A DNA stretch of 64,000 nucleotides from Octopus vulgaris (lineage: Eukaryota). The translations under genes and the position numbers were made by a program. Positions 14,458 to 27,260 of this stretch are shown here, piece by piece. Location of the stretch: the NCBI GenBank assembly GCA_951406725.2, contig OX597818.1, forward strand, positions 26,040,001 through 26,104,000, written 5' to 3'. How positions within the stretch are numbered: position 1 is the first letter of the stretch; the number at the start of each line of letters is the position of its first letter. The notes beneath the pieces were generated by a model, which worked only from the letters and a program-made list of their open reading frames with translations, did not search any database and had not been told where the DNA came from.

Positions 14458-14593
14458 ATTAATATTTAGCCAAAGTAACAGAGTGACTCAAGGATCAAGA
14501 GCTTCATGCATCAGCACTTATCAAGTTTGATAATTGCCAATGCATGAAACTCTCGGCCTCTGAGTCACTCTGTTACTTCTGTTAGATATTAAT
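14458..14593. repeat. Palindrome of two decayed hammerhead motifs pointing outward
   Basis: Plus strand: AGU-UUGAUAA-UUGC(caau)GCAU-GAAA-CUC..GAG-UC-ACU. Minus strand: UUGAUAA-GUGC(ugau)GCAU-GAAG-CUC..GAG-UC-ACUC. Confidence 0.65.
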
Positions 14594-14651
14594 TAAAATA
14601 TACATATACTCATATTTTGAGTTCTATTTTCCCTGTTTGCATCACCATACC

Positions 14652-14705
<54 letters not shown>

Positions 14706-14829
14706 CATCATCATTTAACATTTATGTTCCAAGCTGGCATGAGTGGGATGGGTTGACAGGATCTGATGAGCCCAAGGACTGCATTGTGCTCTATAGTGAT
14801 TTACTGTTGAAACTTGTTGAAATTTGTTA

Positions 14830-15900
14830 TCATGCGTGCTAAAATGTAGCTGTTCCAATATGGAAAGCTACACGAAGACTGCAGCGCAAAGACAGCTGTG
14901 GTGTTAAAAGCAAAAGAGATTGATATTGACTTGGAAGAAATTTTGAGGAGTGACAAGCTGATAAAGAAGGAGGGAGACACCATCAAGTTGGTCCCTCCGC
15001 AAGAGACTGTAAAAGAGAAAAGTGAGAAAATAGTGATTTATCACACTCAAGCAGTCGCCACTAACAAGATAGAGAGATTAACAGAAAAAGAAATTGAAGA
15101 ATGCTTAGGAGAAATTACAAAAAAAGCAAAGTGCATTGGCAGAGGAAAAAGATTCAGCACTGTGGAGGTGAGGTTTGCCACAAAGGAAGAGGATGCCTCA
15201 CATTCTACCACCATTCTGAGGACAGATAAGGTGGTGTTGTTACCCACATACAAGGGAAGGCGCAGTGGTAGAATTAGGATAGCAAGAGTGTCACCCGAGA
15301 TTAAAACTGAGTGGTTGGTGGCAGCTATCTGGCTGCAACCGAGGACAACCCAGAACTTGGACCAGTTGGAGAGACCAAAAGCTGAACTGGTGGGGATTCG
15401 GGGTTGAGATGTGGCTGTTTGCAACATTTCAGGACATCAAAGGGATCCCCTACCAGATTGAGATAGAGGAAGAAAAAACATTGAATGTAGTTGTGGAGGG
15501 ACGGAGACCAAATTGTTACATATGCGGTGTGAGGGGTCACGTGAAGACTCATTGCCCCTTGTTTGAGTGCACATATAGCGAGGTGGAGGAGAAGGAGTAG
15601 GGGAGGGAGATGGAGGAGAAATTACATACAAGGAAAGATAAAAATGAGGAGGATTGTACCCAGGAAGTTAAAGAGAAGGAAAAGAGTGAGGTGAAAGAAG
15701 CAAAGGAGAGTAGTGATGGGTTTGTCAGCCCCAAAAGAAGGAAAAGAACAAAGGCAAGGGAGCATTTAGCAGAACCCAAGAAGTCACAGAAAGGTAAGGA
15801 ATGACTTGAAGCCAAAAATACACAGGAGAGAGAGAGGAAAAAACAATAGAAGAAGAGTGCATATATAAGGGTTTCCTGGTAGTGTGTGGGAGAGTGCGGT
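14830..15900 (+). mobile_element. Degenerate retroelement ORF1 (gag-like, CCHC zinc knuckle), probably L1/Tx1-type
   Basis: ORFs 14898-15407 and 15409-15600 contain GRRPNCYICGVRGHVKTHC (CX2CX4HX4C), followed by a K/E-rich tail. Frameshifted, with no RT downstream. Confidence 0.7.
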
Positions 15901-16257
15901 TGCAGAGAGAAAATTGCAAACTGGAAGGGGCTAGTGAGAGTGAAGCCAAATACATGGTATAAATAACAGTGCCACAAGGAATGAATGAAGGACGACAACC
16001 GTTCTATTGTTTGAGAGAGAAGAAGACTTTATTTACAATGGGTACAAAGAGAGTGTGTATGAGTGCTAGCAAAGTGTTGTGTATGAATGCGTGTGCATAG
16101 TATTTGTGTCTGTGTGTTTGTGTGTGCAACAGAAGGTACAGATAAAGATGGATGTGTATAACAGAGAAAACAGAGCCTAAGATGAATCTCAGCATATTGA
16201 GTTAAGATGGAATGTTGTTTACCAGTTTGTAATTGAGGTACACGATAGCAAGAGTTC

Positions 16258-16947
16258 TATAACAAGATGTTGGGAGTCATGTGGCAGAGGCCGGTTACTA
16301 CACGTGTAGAAGTTGTGGCTATTATGCCGTGCCGAGTCTCTTGATACAGAAAGTTCTTCAGGTAGACTGTAACTGTTTTTCCTTGGTGAATATTCACAAA
16401 CATCGTGAGTTTAAACCTGGTCGATGTTGATGTGTACATATTTGAAGTTGACGGTGGGAATGACGACAATAGTGGAGATGACTTAAAGTTGAAGTACGAC
16501 GATGGTGATGAGAGTGGCGGAGATGGAGAACGTCCTGTCTGTCGCTGGTGTATAATAGCGTCTTCATGGCTGGAGCAGTAGCATGGCTGGCTGGCTGACT
16601 AGTAGTCTGTCACTCGAACTGGAACATGGCTGAGTAGTTCTGTGGTCAGTGACTAGACCTTAGAAGGTCTAAAGCCGAAAGACCTGGAATAGTGAATGCT
16701 GGCCTATATATAGGGTTAAAGTGGCTCAAACAGGGCATCTGAAACAGTGTCACAAGACCTTATCCAAAGGCCATGATTGGTTGGCTTAAACCCTGGTGCG
16801 AAATAAGTCGAAAGACAAACTGCGCCAAATGCCAACCAATCAGAGCAGTGGACACAACAGAGTCAAACTAGCCAAACATGGTTGTAATCTCAAATGAGAT
16901 CATTCCTAATGTGTCTCTCAAACAGTGAGGATATCAGATATGCTACA
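16258..16947 (-). mobile_element. Probable solo LTR (~690 bp)
   Basis: Minus strand runs TGTAGC...TGTTATA (decayed TG..CA). 4-bp TSD-like gttc/gttt, CCAAT boxes (ccaaccaatc), TATATATA at ~16705, CpG-rich relative to flanks. Confidence 0.6.
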
Positions 16948-19263
16948 GTTACTACTGCTGGGTGCCCTTACTAATGCCACCACCACTATTAAGGTTGCCA
17001 TGCAGGTAGCAAGACAGCAAGCCCCAAGGGTGGTAGGATCTTTATACTAAGGATTGAAGGGACACAGTATGATAGAAGGTAGGGTAAGAGCAGGTTCTTG
17101 AAGTAGAGTTGCATGATTACTCACATTTAGTGGGAAGAGGAGAGATTCATGAGTAGAAGCTAACAAGATTTGTGGTTTTTATTATAATACACACACCTCT
17201 TGTAGTAAATGGGTAGAGTTTAAGAATGATGACCAATGAATGGTGAGTTGAGGAAGGATAGTTGTTCAAACACTGTAGTAATGATAAAAGAGCTGAAAGA
17301 AGAAACAGTAAGTCTATGGGCCAGAGAGGTTGCAGTGTGTTGGTGAATAACTTGACGCTAATCATATGGTCTTCTTGTAGGTTGCATTCTAGGATGTGTG
17401 TGTGTGTGTGTGAGTGAGAGGTGGTAATAGAATGACCAAGCAACATAAATAGATGACTACAGTTTGAAGACTCCCTGGGCATTACTACTGAACTAGTCAC
17501 TTAAACAGTGTCCTATCTTGTCTATTCCAAAGTCTGTATTCAGGGAAGGTTGGAGGAAGTGCAATCAAAACAGTTGATCACATTGACCGTAGACTTAAGA
17601 CCTAGTAGGAGCATGGTATGGGAGATTAAAGGATAAGTGTAGCTTCTAAGCAGGAGTGAATGGAAGTTCTAGGTTGAATGTGAATCAGGGTGTATGCACT
17701 CCTGACCAGAATATCATATAGATATTTACAATTTTTTTAATAATAATAAAGGCTTGGAAATGATTGGAGCAATTATAGAAGTTTTATTTCAGATTATTAG
17801 TCTTATAAGTAAAGATCAATTTTTAAATGTTAATGTTCATTGGATTCTTATCTAAATTAAAGATAAGTAGCTGAATATATGTTATAGAAGAGTATGTTCA
17901 AATATTTTAGAGGATCCATGATATGGACTGCCATACTATTATTCTTCATGCCATGCCATAAAATAAGCAATGAGAATTTACCATTTGTACATATAAATTC
18001 AATCAGAGTACCTAAAGCTATCCTTATCCTCACATAAAACTGACAGACTGTGTATCTGGTTATTTTCTCAGTAATTTTTAAAAATCAAATTCCAAAAACA
18101 CTAATACTATTAAAAGTCAGTATTCAGGAATCTTGACAACTGGAACCATTGTATAATAAGTGCAGTACATATTTGATGATAATGATTATCTTGTCATCAT
18201 TTAGTAGATAGTTTCAACTACTATATTGATGTATATTCATTGATAATTTCAAACTAATTGAACAAAGAATGACTCTTGTAATGTAATCTGTTAGAGAACA
18301 ATATTCTTAATGCATAACTTGAGATGCTGCCATAAAAAGACATATTTGGGAAGTCTCGTTTTCAAAGCTCTAAGAAGCCATTGTCACTAAAAGGAAACAA
18401 TTAAATCCTGCAGCTGAGGTTTATTTTAAGAGATATCTAAAGTGGTCTGTAAGTGCTGAATATACAAAAAACTTGTTCTTTCTGGGGGTTTTTTGTTGGG
18501 GTTTTTTTGGGGGTTTTTTTTTGTCTTTCCATTTACCAATTATGTATTGGTAGAAAATATACCTGAGAAGTATCTCTGTATATCGGCTGGCCATGTTAAT
18601 GGCTTCCAAATTAATGTATATAGTTAATCAGTCTCTGATAACAATCTCCAGAATTGTTGGACACTTATTAACTACTTGGCTTTCTTGCAACTTAATTCTT
18701 TTTCTTTTTTATGAGAAATGTTTTGAATATTTAATCTCTTATAATGGAGACTAATTGTTTCCTGCCTGTAGTATTGATCTGGTTGGCACCATCTGATTTT
18801 TTTTTTTTTTTTTTCTTTTTTTGCTTGAGCTCGACAGTAATCTAATGATAGACATAAATAGATGTTTATCATATGTATTGACTCATTGTTGTCATCTTAT
18901 ATCAAAATTGACAGGCTGCTTTTAGTGATTTACTTTCTTTAAATTTCCAATTCTGTTTCTCATAGAGAATCATAGAGCTACTTTAAGATTGATACAGTGC
19001 AAGAGTAATGGAAATAATAAGCACCGAGAAATTGTAATCTTTGTACTCAAGCATTCAGTGTGTGTGTGTGTGTGTCCGCCCGTCCTTAAGAGTCGTCTGT
19101 TTGATTTAGTACTTCTCGAATTTCTCAAAGTGCATTTCTGAAGGAGTGCGAAAATTACAGAAATAAATTTCAAGGACTGTATACATACACACGAATACCA
19201 TTTTGTTTTGACACGCACAGAACAACAGCCAAAACTGAAATGGATGAGTATTAATTGTGTGCG

Positions 19264-19294
<31 letters not shown>

Positions 19295-19984
19295 GGGGTG
19301 GATTCTAGGTTTCAGTCAACTACGGAAAACCATTCTACAATCTTTCTGCTGAAACCCATGGACCGAGATTTGACAGCTCTAATCTCCGGGTACAAGTTTT
19401 CAACAGTGCAAGTTTACCAAGGGACATAACTCAGTATGGAAGTCATTCTGCGATACCAAGGGACGAAACTCTTGATTATGCGACATCTATTATATGAAAT
19501 GGTCATATAGTATATATAATTATGTATATACGTACTTGGTGTCTGTCGTCAGCATATAGGCATGGTAGCTTCTGTGCCGTTAATTATAATTGTATTCTAT
19601 ACAATTATATATCTCTATATATGAATTTTACATAAAAGGTTATTTATATGCTGGCCACTGATAAAATTCATTAATTTTAATGATTTTATCTTTTAATTAT
19701 GTTTATAGTGTGTGTGTATATATATAACGGGAAGGTTTACGAAAATAAACAAAATACGAAAGCAGGTGGAGTACAAACAAACAATTGTATTAGTATGGCG
19801 CTCATATATATATATATATATATATTTATTCACACACACAGCTTCACGCTCAAGCACATACACGTGTGTGTGATATACATGTATTGACATGGTGAAATAG
19901 ATGTTAAAATTAGTAGTGATGGAGGCCAAAAAGCATATTTTACTCAAACTGATAAAAACAAATACTATATTTTATTTATTACAG

Positions 19985-20008
19985 GGGTCTCAGATGAGTT
20001 TGCAATCA
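19985..20008 (+). CDS. Candidate 24-nt micro-exon of the membrane protein gene (xVSDEFAI-T)
   Basis: Acceptor ttttatttattacag and donor A|gtatgt. Phase 1-1, compatible with exon 20635. Confidence 0.4.
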
Positions 20009-20094
20009 GTATGTGGTGGTTACATAAAAAATGGAAGGAAAGGAAAGAATGGGGAAAATGAGATAAAATGTCTGCATAGCATTCAAAATATGTG

Positions 20095-20590
20095 AACACA
20101 TGGGTGCTATAGTCCTGATCCTCCAACTAGAGAGCACAAGCCTTCACCCAACTGTTGGCCACCAATGTACAGGTGCATGCTTAGAGGAAGTCCATATTCA
20201 CCCTAACCATTTTTGCCACTGTTACCCAACTTTTGACAAATTCACTGAGAAAGAGCACTTCACTCTCTATCTACATTTTCCCTTCTAAGTGGAACTTGAA
20301 AGAGTTGATGAGGACTTCACCACAGAAGAACATGTCTGTCCTCAATTCTTTCAGCCTCAACAACCACATAACCTCAAGCTGTAGTCCTGAACTGCTTCCC
20401 AGTCTTAGTTTTCCTTGCAGGTATGAACCAACAGATGTTGAAGCTCAACATTAACCACACCAATCTGAGAGGGTTTGTAAAAATGCATTGAAGCAACACT
20501 CCTTCTATTCAGTCATTGTCACCAATGTCTGATGATGATGTTAGCATGACATCATGTGCATAAGCAGCCCTGACTGTTTCATAACCCACC
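20095..20590 (-). mobile_element. Decayed Tc1/mariner fragment
   Basis: Mariner-like terminus (ccctgactgtttcataaccc) and a weak resemblance to a transposase N-terminus on the minus strand. Confidence 0.35.
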
Positions 20591-20634
20591 TTGACTTCTA
20601 CATTTCCTCATTACTTTATTTTATCTTATTTCAG

Positions 20635-20706
20635 CTTTAAAAGATAAAGGCTGGAAAGAAGCTTCTCCCCAGTCTGCTCCTGATGGTAACAATTCTGCTT
20701 TTGGAG
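20635..20706 (+). CDS. Single-pass membrane protein, juxtamembrane extracellular exon (LKDKGWKEASPQSAPDGNNSAFG)
   Basis: Acceptor ttattttatcttatttcag and donor GAG|gtaata. 72 nt, phase 1-1, open, and joins in frame to the TM exon. Confidence 0.75.
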
Positions 20707-21750
20707 GTAATATTCTCTTTTTTTATATATATTTTGTTTTTGTATTTTTCTTTATTTTCTGAAAACAACTATATTGTTTTACAGAATTATAAAAGAAAGA
20801 AGAAAATTATAAGTGAGAATGGCTGCATCAATAGGGTAGATCAGCTAAACATCACCACATGATCTTTCAGTGTCTCTAACAGAATATACACTACAGCAAA
20901 CATTCAGACAAGTTGAGACCCTTTGAAAGAGTCAGAGGAAAAAAAAACATGTACTGCTTTTCCTCTTCTTACTAAACAAAAAGGAATTTTCTTTTTTAAA
21001 TAAAAGCTACCAGCTTAAAGATTGGTAGTTCATATCCCATTGTTTGTATTGTGTCTAATGCTCAGATATTTAATTCTGAATTGTTGAGTATTTTGTTGAC
21101 TTCAACTATGTGTGAGTAATCTCACAACTGTTTGAAAATAACCTCACTTCCTTGGGAGTATCTAATAAAATACTCAAGCTAAGAGGTAAAAACTTTAACA
21201 TAAACTCCAAAGTGAATGCTTTTGTTCTGATTATTGCTGATAGCTCCCGTACCTAAACTGAACTAAATCTGTTTCCATACACTTTTAGACTGCACTACAT
21301 TGGTGAAAATGGGAGTGAGGTCTTGACTTGGATTAGATTATGATTTACATCTATAATGCTCAAGTTTTGAATGCCAATTCCACATTGTACAGTGCCTTAG
21401 GCTAAAAGAAACTTTTTTTTTTATTTACGAATTAAAAGAACAAAAGAAGACATTCAGCAAGGATTATAATGTTTATTTCAGGCATTCATGTTTAGAAACT
21501 TACATAAACATTATTGAATGTTTTGATTCCAAAGCTGAAAACAAAGTTGTTTTTTTTTTTTATCAATTTTTAAAAAATATTATAAGCTATAATTCTTTCA
21601 CCTACTTACAATATTTCATGTTGAGTATATTTATAGTTTGATGAGCACAGAATTAATTTCTTAATTATAAATAATATAAACTGCTTTCTCATATCTTAGG
21701 CAAAATGAAAGTATGTAAAATATACTTAAGTAAATTATATAAATTATATT

Positions 21751-22885
21751 GCAGTTTGGTTTTGTACCAGGCAGAAGCACCAATGATGCTATATTTCTGG
21801 TAAGGCAACTGCAGAAGAAATATCTAGCCAAAGATAAACCTCTGCACTTGGCTTTTGTTGACTTGGAGTAAGCCTTTGACAGGGTACTCCAATCCCTTAT
21901 CTGGTGGTCAATGCGGAAACTGGGGATAGATGAGTGGTTGGTAAGAGCTGTATGGGGATGCTATCAGTAAGATGAGGGTTGGCAATGAGTATAGTGAAGA
22001 ATTCTGAGTAGAAGTAGGGCTTCACCAAGGATCAGTCTTCAGCCCCCTTTTATTCATTATAGTCCTCCAGGCAATAACAGAGGAATTCAAGACAAGCTGC
22101 CCTTGGGAGCTCCTCTGTGCTGATGACCTTTCCCTAATAGCTGGGTCACTGCCAAAATTAGAGACGACGTTTAAGGTGTGGAAGCAAGAGCTAGAATCGA
22201 AGGACTTTAGGGTTAACCTAGCAAAAACCAAAGTCTTATTAAGTAGGAAGGCTGTCAAATCACAATCCCCTTCAGGTAGATAGCCCTGCTCGATATGTAG
22301 AAAAGGCATGGGTAGGAACTCCATATGATGTACACTGTGTAAGCTATGGACACATAAAAGGTGCAGCAATATCAAAGGAAGGTTAACAGGGAAAATAGTT
22401 TTTGTGTGTGACATGCACAGGGGCAATAAACACAGAAAATAGATTCCATCCCATGCCAGGGGAAGAAACTAGTAGTTAATAGTTTCTGCTACCTAGGCAA
22501 CCAAGTCTGTAGTGGGGGTGGTTGCTCTGAGAGTGTAGCGACTGGAGTAAGAATAGCCTGGGCAAAGTTCAGGGAGCTCCTACCTCTGCTGGTAACTAAG
22601 GGCCTCTCACTCAGGATGAAAAGTAGACTGTATGATGCATGTGTGTGAACATGGGCCATAACTGCTGAGGACATGCGTAGACTTAAAAGAAATGAAGCTA
22701 GTATGATCTGCTGGGTGTGTAATGTCAGTGTGCATACACGACAGAGTGTAAACGCCCTGAGAGAAAAGTTGAACATCAGAAACATCAAATGTAGTGTGCA
22801 GGAGAGATGACTGTGCTGGTATGGCCATGTGCTATGTATGGATGAGGATAGCAGTGTGAGGAAGTGACACTCTCTAACTGTAGAA
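21751..22885 (+). mobile_element. RTE-clade non-LTR retrotransposon RT remnant (5'-truncated)
   Basis: Translates QFGFVPGRSTNDAIFLVRQLQKKYL..LAFVDLE*AFDRV and GLHQGSVFSPLLFIIVL..PWELLCADDL, with stops and frameshifts. Confidence 0.9.
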
Positions 22886-23059
22886 GGACAGGAGACTGAG
22901 ACCTTTGGAGATATGTTGTAACTGAGAAGACCCGGTAACTAAAGTAAGATCTCAGCCACACATGTCCGGCCCAGTTAAGCGTACCCCTGATACGTCAGGC
23001 GATATGATGTGCTTGAGAAGACCTGTTGAGTTAAGTAAAACCAATATTGTAGCTGTGGC

Positions 23060-23400
23060 CAGTGCTCCCTGACTGGATCCTGTGCTGGTGGCACATAAAA
23101 AGCACCATCCAAACGTGGTTGATGCCAGGTCTGCCTGACTGGCTCCTGTGCTGGTGGCACATAAAAAGCACCATCTCAACATGATTGATGCTATGCCTGC
23201 CTGACCGACTTCTGTGCCAGTGGCATGTAAAAAGCACCCACTGCATTCTCAGAACTGTTGGTGTTAAGAAGGGCATCCAACTGTAGAAACATTGCCAGGT
23301 CAGATTGGAGCCTGGTGCAGCTGATGGCCCTCCAGACCGCAATCAAACCGTCCAACCTGTGCCAGCATGGAAAACAGACGTTAAGCGATGATGATAATGA
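23060..23400 (+). mobile_element. SINE-like repeat with internal ~58-bp tandem units
   Basis: Three copies of ctgtgctggtggcacataaaaagcacc, then the common SINE body and a (gat)n tail. Confidence 0.7.
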
Positions 23401-23649
23401 TTTCATAGAGAAAACAGCTTAGTACCCAAGGAAGAATATTTTAAATATAAATGTTTTGTAATGTATTTAAAATGTTCATTGAAGAGAAAATATATAAACC
23501 AATTGACATTTTTCCACAAAAATGTCTGATCTGTTCAATCATGTGAATGTTATCAGTGAGTAATTTCATTGAATGAATTTGGAGATATAAATCTGATGAT
23601 GATCTTATGCAGCAAAGTCTGTTGCATCTAAAAATACTTCACTATTTCC

Positions 23650-24290
23650 TTATGTTGACAGAAGTGAAGTGAAATTCTCAATTAAGAGAAGAAAAAAATA
23701 ACAGTTATTTTCTAAAAGATAGCTTTAACACTGTCTCAGTAGAGTAACATTTCTCAATAAATAAAGGGCATACACAGCAGTTTTTAGAAGTGAGTTCTGA
23801 ATTATCAAGTTGGTGGGTGATAGAGAAATTTTCACCTCGATTAAACACTAGTCTATCACTGGAAGTTCTTCCTGAATTACAAGAGTGATTGCAGTAAAGC
23901 ATGAACTTATCACATATGATCTGGTAGTATTTATTGATTTTGTATTGAAATTTGTGAACACCACAGCTGTTAGTTTCAAGTCTGCTATTGGCCAATCACT
24001 CTTTTGCTGCATTTCTGACAGTAGAAGTGACAAGGAAGTATCTGTATTTCAGTGGAGAACAAATATCACAAGAGACCTTGTTCGAAGAGAATCGGTTTTC
24101 TTGTTCCCATGCTGAGGCTTGCAAACAGCTTGCTTGTGCAAGTGTTGTTAACCGAAAGCTCTTCATACCAAATGCCAACAGGTTTCAGGGGTCATCAGGA
24201 GAGAATGTGTACTGTTTTAGGCCTTTACGGTGCACCGTCCCCACCCTCACTTCTTGATGTGAGGCCCTATCAACTGGGTTGACTAACTAG
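23650..24290 (+). mobile_element. Decayed Penelope-like GIY-YIG 3' end
   Basis: KSAIGQ(S/H)L-like and ..RDL..ESVFLF C-terminal motif, followed by a decayed hammerhead-like ctgagg...ccgaaagctcttc at ~24110-24168. Confidence 0.4.
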
Positions 24291-24765
24291 AGATTGATCT
24301 CGGTTCTTTCCTTGCTACTATTTACATTCTTCCTCAATATACATTGGTGACATACATATTTATTTACATGCATACATACATGCAATGATTGTTTCATCTT
24401 GTCCAATGATAGCTGCTTTGTTATTCTCTATTCAGTTAGATTATAAACATCCACGTGCTCCAAGGTAATTCTTAATATCAGCTGATGGCTTACGAGGGTG
24501 TACAACAAATGTGAATGACAAAACTCTGCATCTCTAGAGAAAGACTCAGGCATGTTGGTGGCATGACATTTCTGTGCAGCTGTCTTTGCTATCCAGTTTT
24601 GATTTGTGCATTTTATTGTGTGCTGCACAAGCAGTATAATTTGTTGTAATTTAAAATACTCTGAAAGGTACTTAATGATGCTAACCTGTAAACAGAATTA
24701 TTTCTATCTTTCTGTGTTTGATTTCTCATGAACATATACCTATAACTAACAAATAGACACATACA

Positions 24766-24848
<83 letters not shown>

Positions 24849-24916
24849 GTCTGTCTACAATTACCTATTTATCCCTGTCTTAGTGCATCTTTCAAATGCT
24901 TTTCTTTTTATTACAG

Positions 24917-24998
24917 GTAACATGGTTGGTCTGATAGTTGGTTTTGTGGTTGCGTTCATTATCATCATGATCATTTTCATTGTTTATTACAAACGCTG
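24917..24998 (+). CDS. Transmembrane exon (GNMVGLIVGFVVAFIIIMIIFIVYYKRW)
   Basis: Acceptor tttctttttattacag and donor TG|gtatgt. About 22 hydrophobic residues, then a YYKR stop-transfer. Phase 1-2. Confidence 0.9.
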
Positions 24999-25600
24999 GT
25001 ATGTATATGAAGCATAATTTGTGATAATTCTTCTATCTTGTGAAACATTCAATCACTGACATCAAGCATGTTTCAATATAGTAAAATCAGAACCTTTTGT
25101 GTTTCTTTGGCTTGACACAACAGAATTTTCAGAAACATTCAGAACATTTTACATATGTTGAACTAAAAAAACCAAATAAATAAATAAACATTTCAACTGG
25201 AAGCATCATTAATCATATTACAGCTAGAATTGCTAGCAAGTTATTTTAACTCAAGTTAAATATACTGAAAAGTGCCTTGATCTTTTTGCTGCCATATTTC
25301 AATTGAAATGCATTGCTTTTCAGTCAGTTTATTTTGAAAATAATGAATAGTTTAATAAAATAACCTTGTCATTAATTAACTGGTGTGTGGAATATAAATT
25401 AAGAAATTTTGATGGAATGTTTTAATTTAGGTTACTTTAAAACAGGAAGTTTATACCATGGAGTCAGGTGTAGTTTGAGGCATTGGTATCAAAAGGGCTA
25501 ATCTTTATCCTGGTTTACCAAACTGACATAAATATTACCTTCTCGAAAATCAGAGCCTGATATGTTTCTGATCGGTAAGAGAACTGCGTGTGTGTGTGTG

Positions 25601-25821
25601 TACAAGAGGATACTGAAAAGTTCTTGGCTTTGGGTGAAAGAAAACACAGGAGGATCAATTAATTATGATTTTATTCAACATATTCCTCTCTCAGATTCAC
25701 ACACGTATTGCAGTAGTCCTTCAGTTTTTCTAAGCCCTATAAAAGAACTTGGAAGGTTGTGCCTCCAACCAGGCCCTTCATGATACCCTTAAAGCCAGGA
25801 ACTTTTCAGCACCCCATCGTA
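25601..25821. mobile_element. Mariner-derived MITE
   Basis: TIRs tacaagaggatactgaaaagttcttggcttt / aaagccaggaacttttcagcaccccatcgta, with TA at both ends. Confidence 0.85.
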
Positions 25822-26774
25822 TATAAGTTTATTAAGGCAGATTTTCTACAGCTAGATGCCCTTCCTATCATCACCCCTCACCTGTTTTTGCAGGCTATTT
25901 CTCTATGACCAGACATATTCTTGTAGAATATTGGAAATAAATGACACTGCTTGTATGACAGTGACAATCATTTTACAAATATTATGCAATGTCAAGAAAA
26001 GGAGAGACACACACACACAAACAAGATGAGCTTCTTTCAGTCTCCATCTACCAAATTCACTCACAAGCTTTGGTTGACTTGGGGATATAGCAGACACTTG
26101 TCCAAGGTACCTTACAGTCACATTTGCACCTATACATTACCATTGTATGTGTGTACATATATATATATATATATATATTTATATGTATATACATGCACAG
26201 ATGCATGCACGCATGTGCACACACATTCTTATCAAGTCTAACATGCATAATGCATCTAGTTTATGAAACCATTCAAAGCTAAAACATACAAAAATTGTTA
26301 GACTTGTAAGCTATACCAAATGAAGGCGCTCTATGTAAGTCTCTTATTAATATCTTGAATACATGTTTCTGCTTTGAATGTTCATTTTGATAAAATAAAA
26401 TGTGGTTGTATATCTATGGTATACACACACACACACACACACATACAGCAATGCACCAGATATCTTGGTCCTTAGCTTTACAAAGGAGATAACAGAGGAC
26501 TGAGATATCTGGTGCCTTGCTGTACTCAAGAAGATCCATCTGCCACTACAGAATTGATACCACTGCCAGTGCTGCATGAAAAGCACCCAGTACACTGTGT
26601 GGAGTGGTTGGCATTAGGAAGGGCATCCAGCTATAGAAACCATGCCAGAATAGACAATTGAGCCTGGATGGCCCCTGGCCTTACCAACTCTGGTCAAACC
26701 ATCCAACCCAAGCCAGCATGGAAAACAGATGTTAAATGATGATGATGGTATATATATACATATATAAATATCAT

Positions 26775-27260
26775 CATCATCATTGTTTAATGTCCGTTTT
26801 CCATGCTAGCATGGGTTGGACGGTTCAACCAGGGCCTGGGAAGCCAGGTAGCTGCACCAGGCTCCAGTCTGATCTGGCAGTGTTTCTACAGCTAGATGCT
26901 CTTCCTAACGCCAGCCACTCCATGAGTGTAGTGAGTGCTTTTTACGTGTCAGAGGAGGCTGGCAATGGCCACAATCAGTTGGTGCTTTTTACATGCCACC
27001 AATACGCAAGCCAGTCAAGGCAGCGCTGACATCGGCCACATATGGATGGTGCTTTTTACGTGCCAGGGTAGGCTGGCAACAGCCACGATTGGTTGGTGCT
27101 TTTTACATGCCACCAGCACAGAAGCCAGTCAAGGTGGTGCTGGCATCGACCACGTACGGATGGTGTTTTTTAGGTGCCACCGGCACAGGTACCAGGGTAG
27201 GCTGGCAACGGCCACGAACGGTTGGTGCTTTTTATGTGCCACCAGCATGGAAGCCAGTCT
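26775..27260 (-). repeat. SINE with internal minisatellite (alternating ~45/67-bp units)
   Basis: About seven copies of ggtgctttttacgtgcca, separated by related spacers. Confidence 0.8.

Noticed and set aside
20510-20560. CUGAUGA plus UGAUGU/ACAUCA stem resembling a type III hammerhead
   Set aside because: No GAAA follows stem II and the stem I spacing is wrong. It lies in a mariner-like remnant.
23705-24285. Long minus-strand Cys-rich frame interrupted only by TGA codons (selenoprotein or readthrough idea)
   Set aside because: No recognisable domain, SECIS or splice structure. It is better explained as the antisense of a decayed Penelope-like remnant.
26930-27260. CRISPR-like array of ggtgctttttacgtgcca repeats (also 23060-23240)
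   Set aside because: The spacers are related to each other, the array lies inside a dispersed SINE, the context is eukaryotic, and there are no cas genes.
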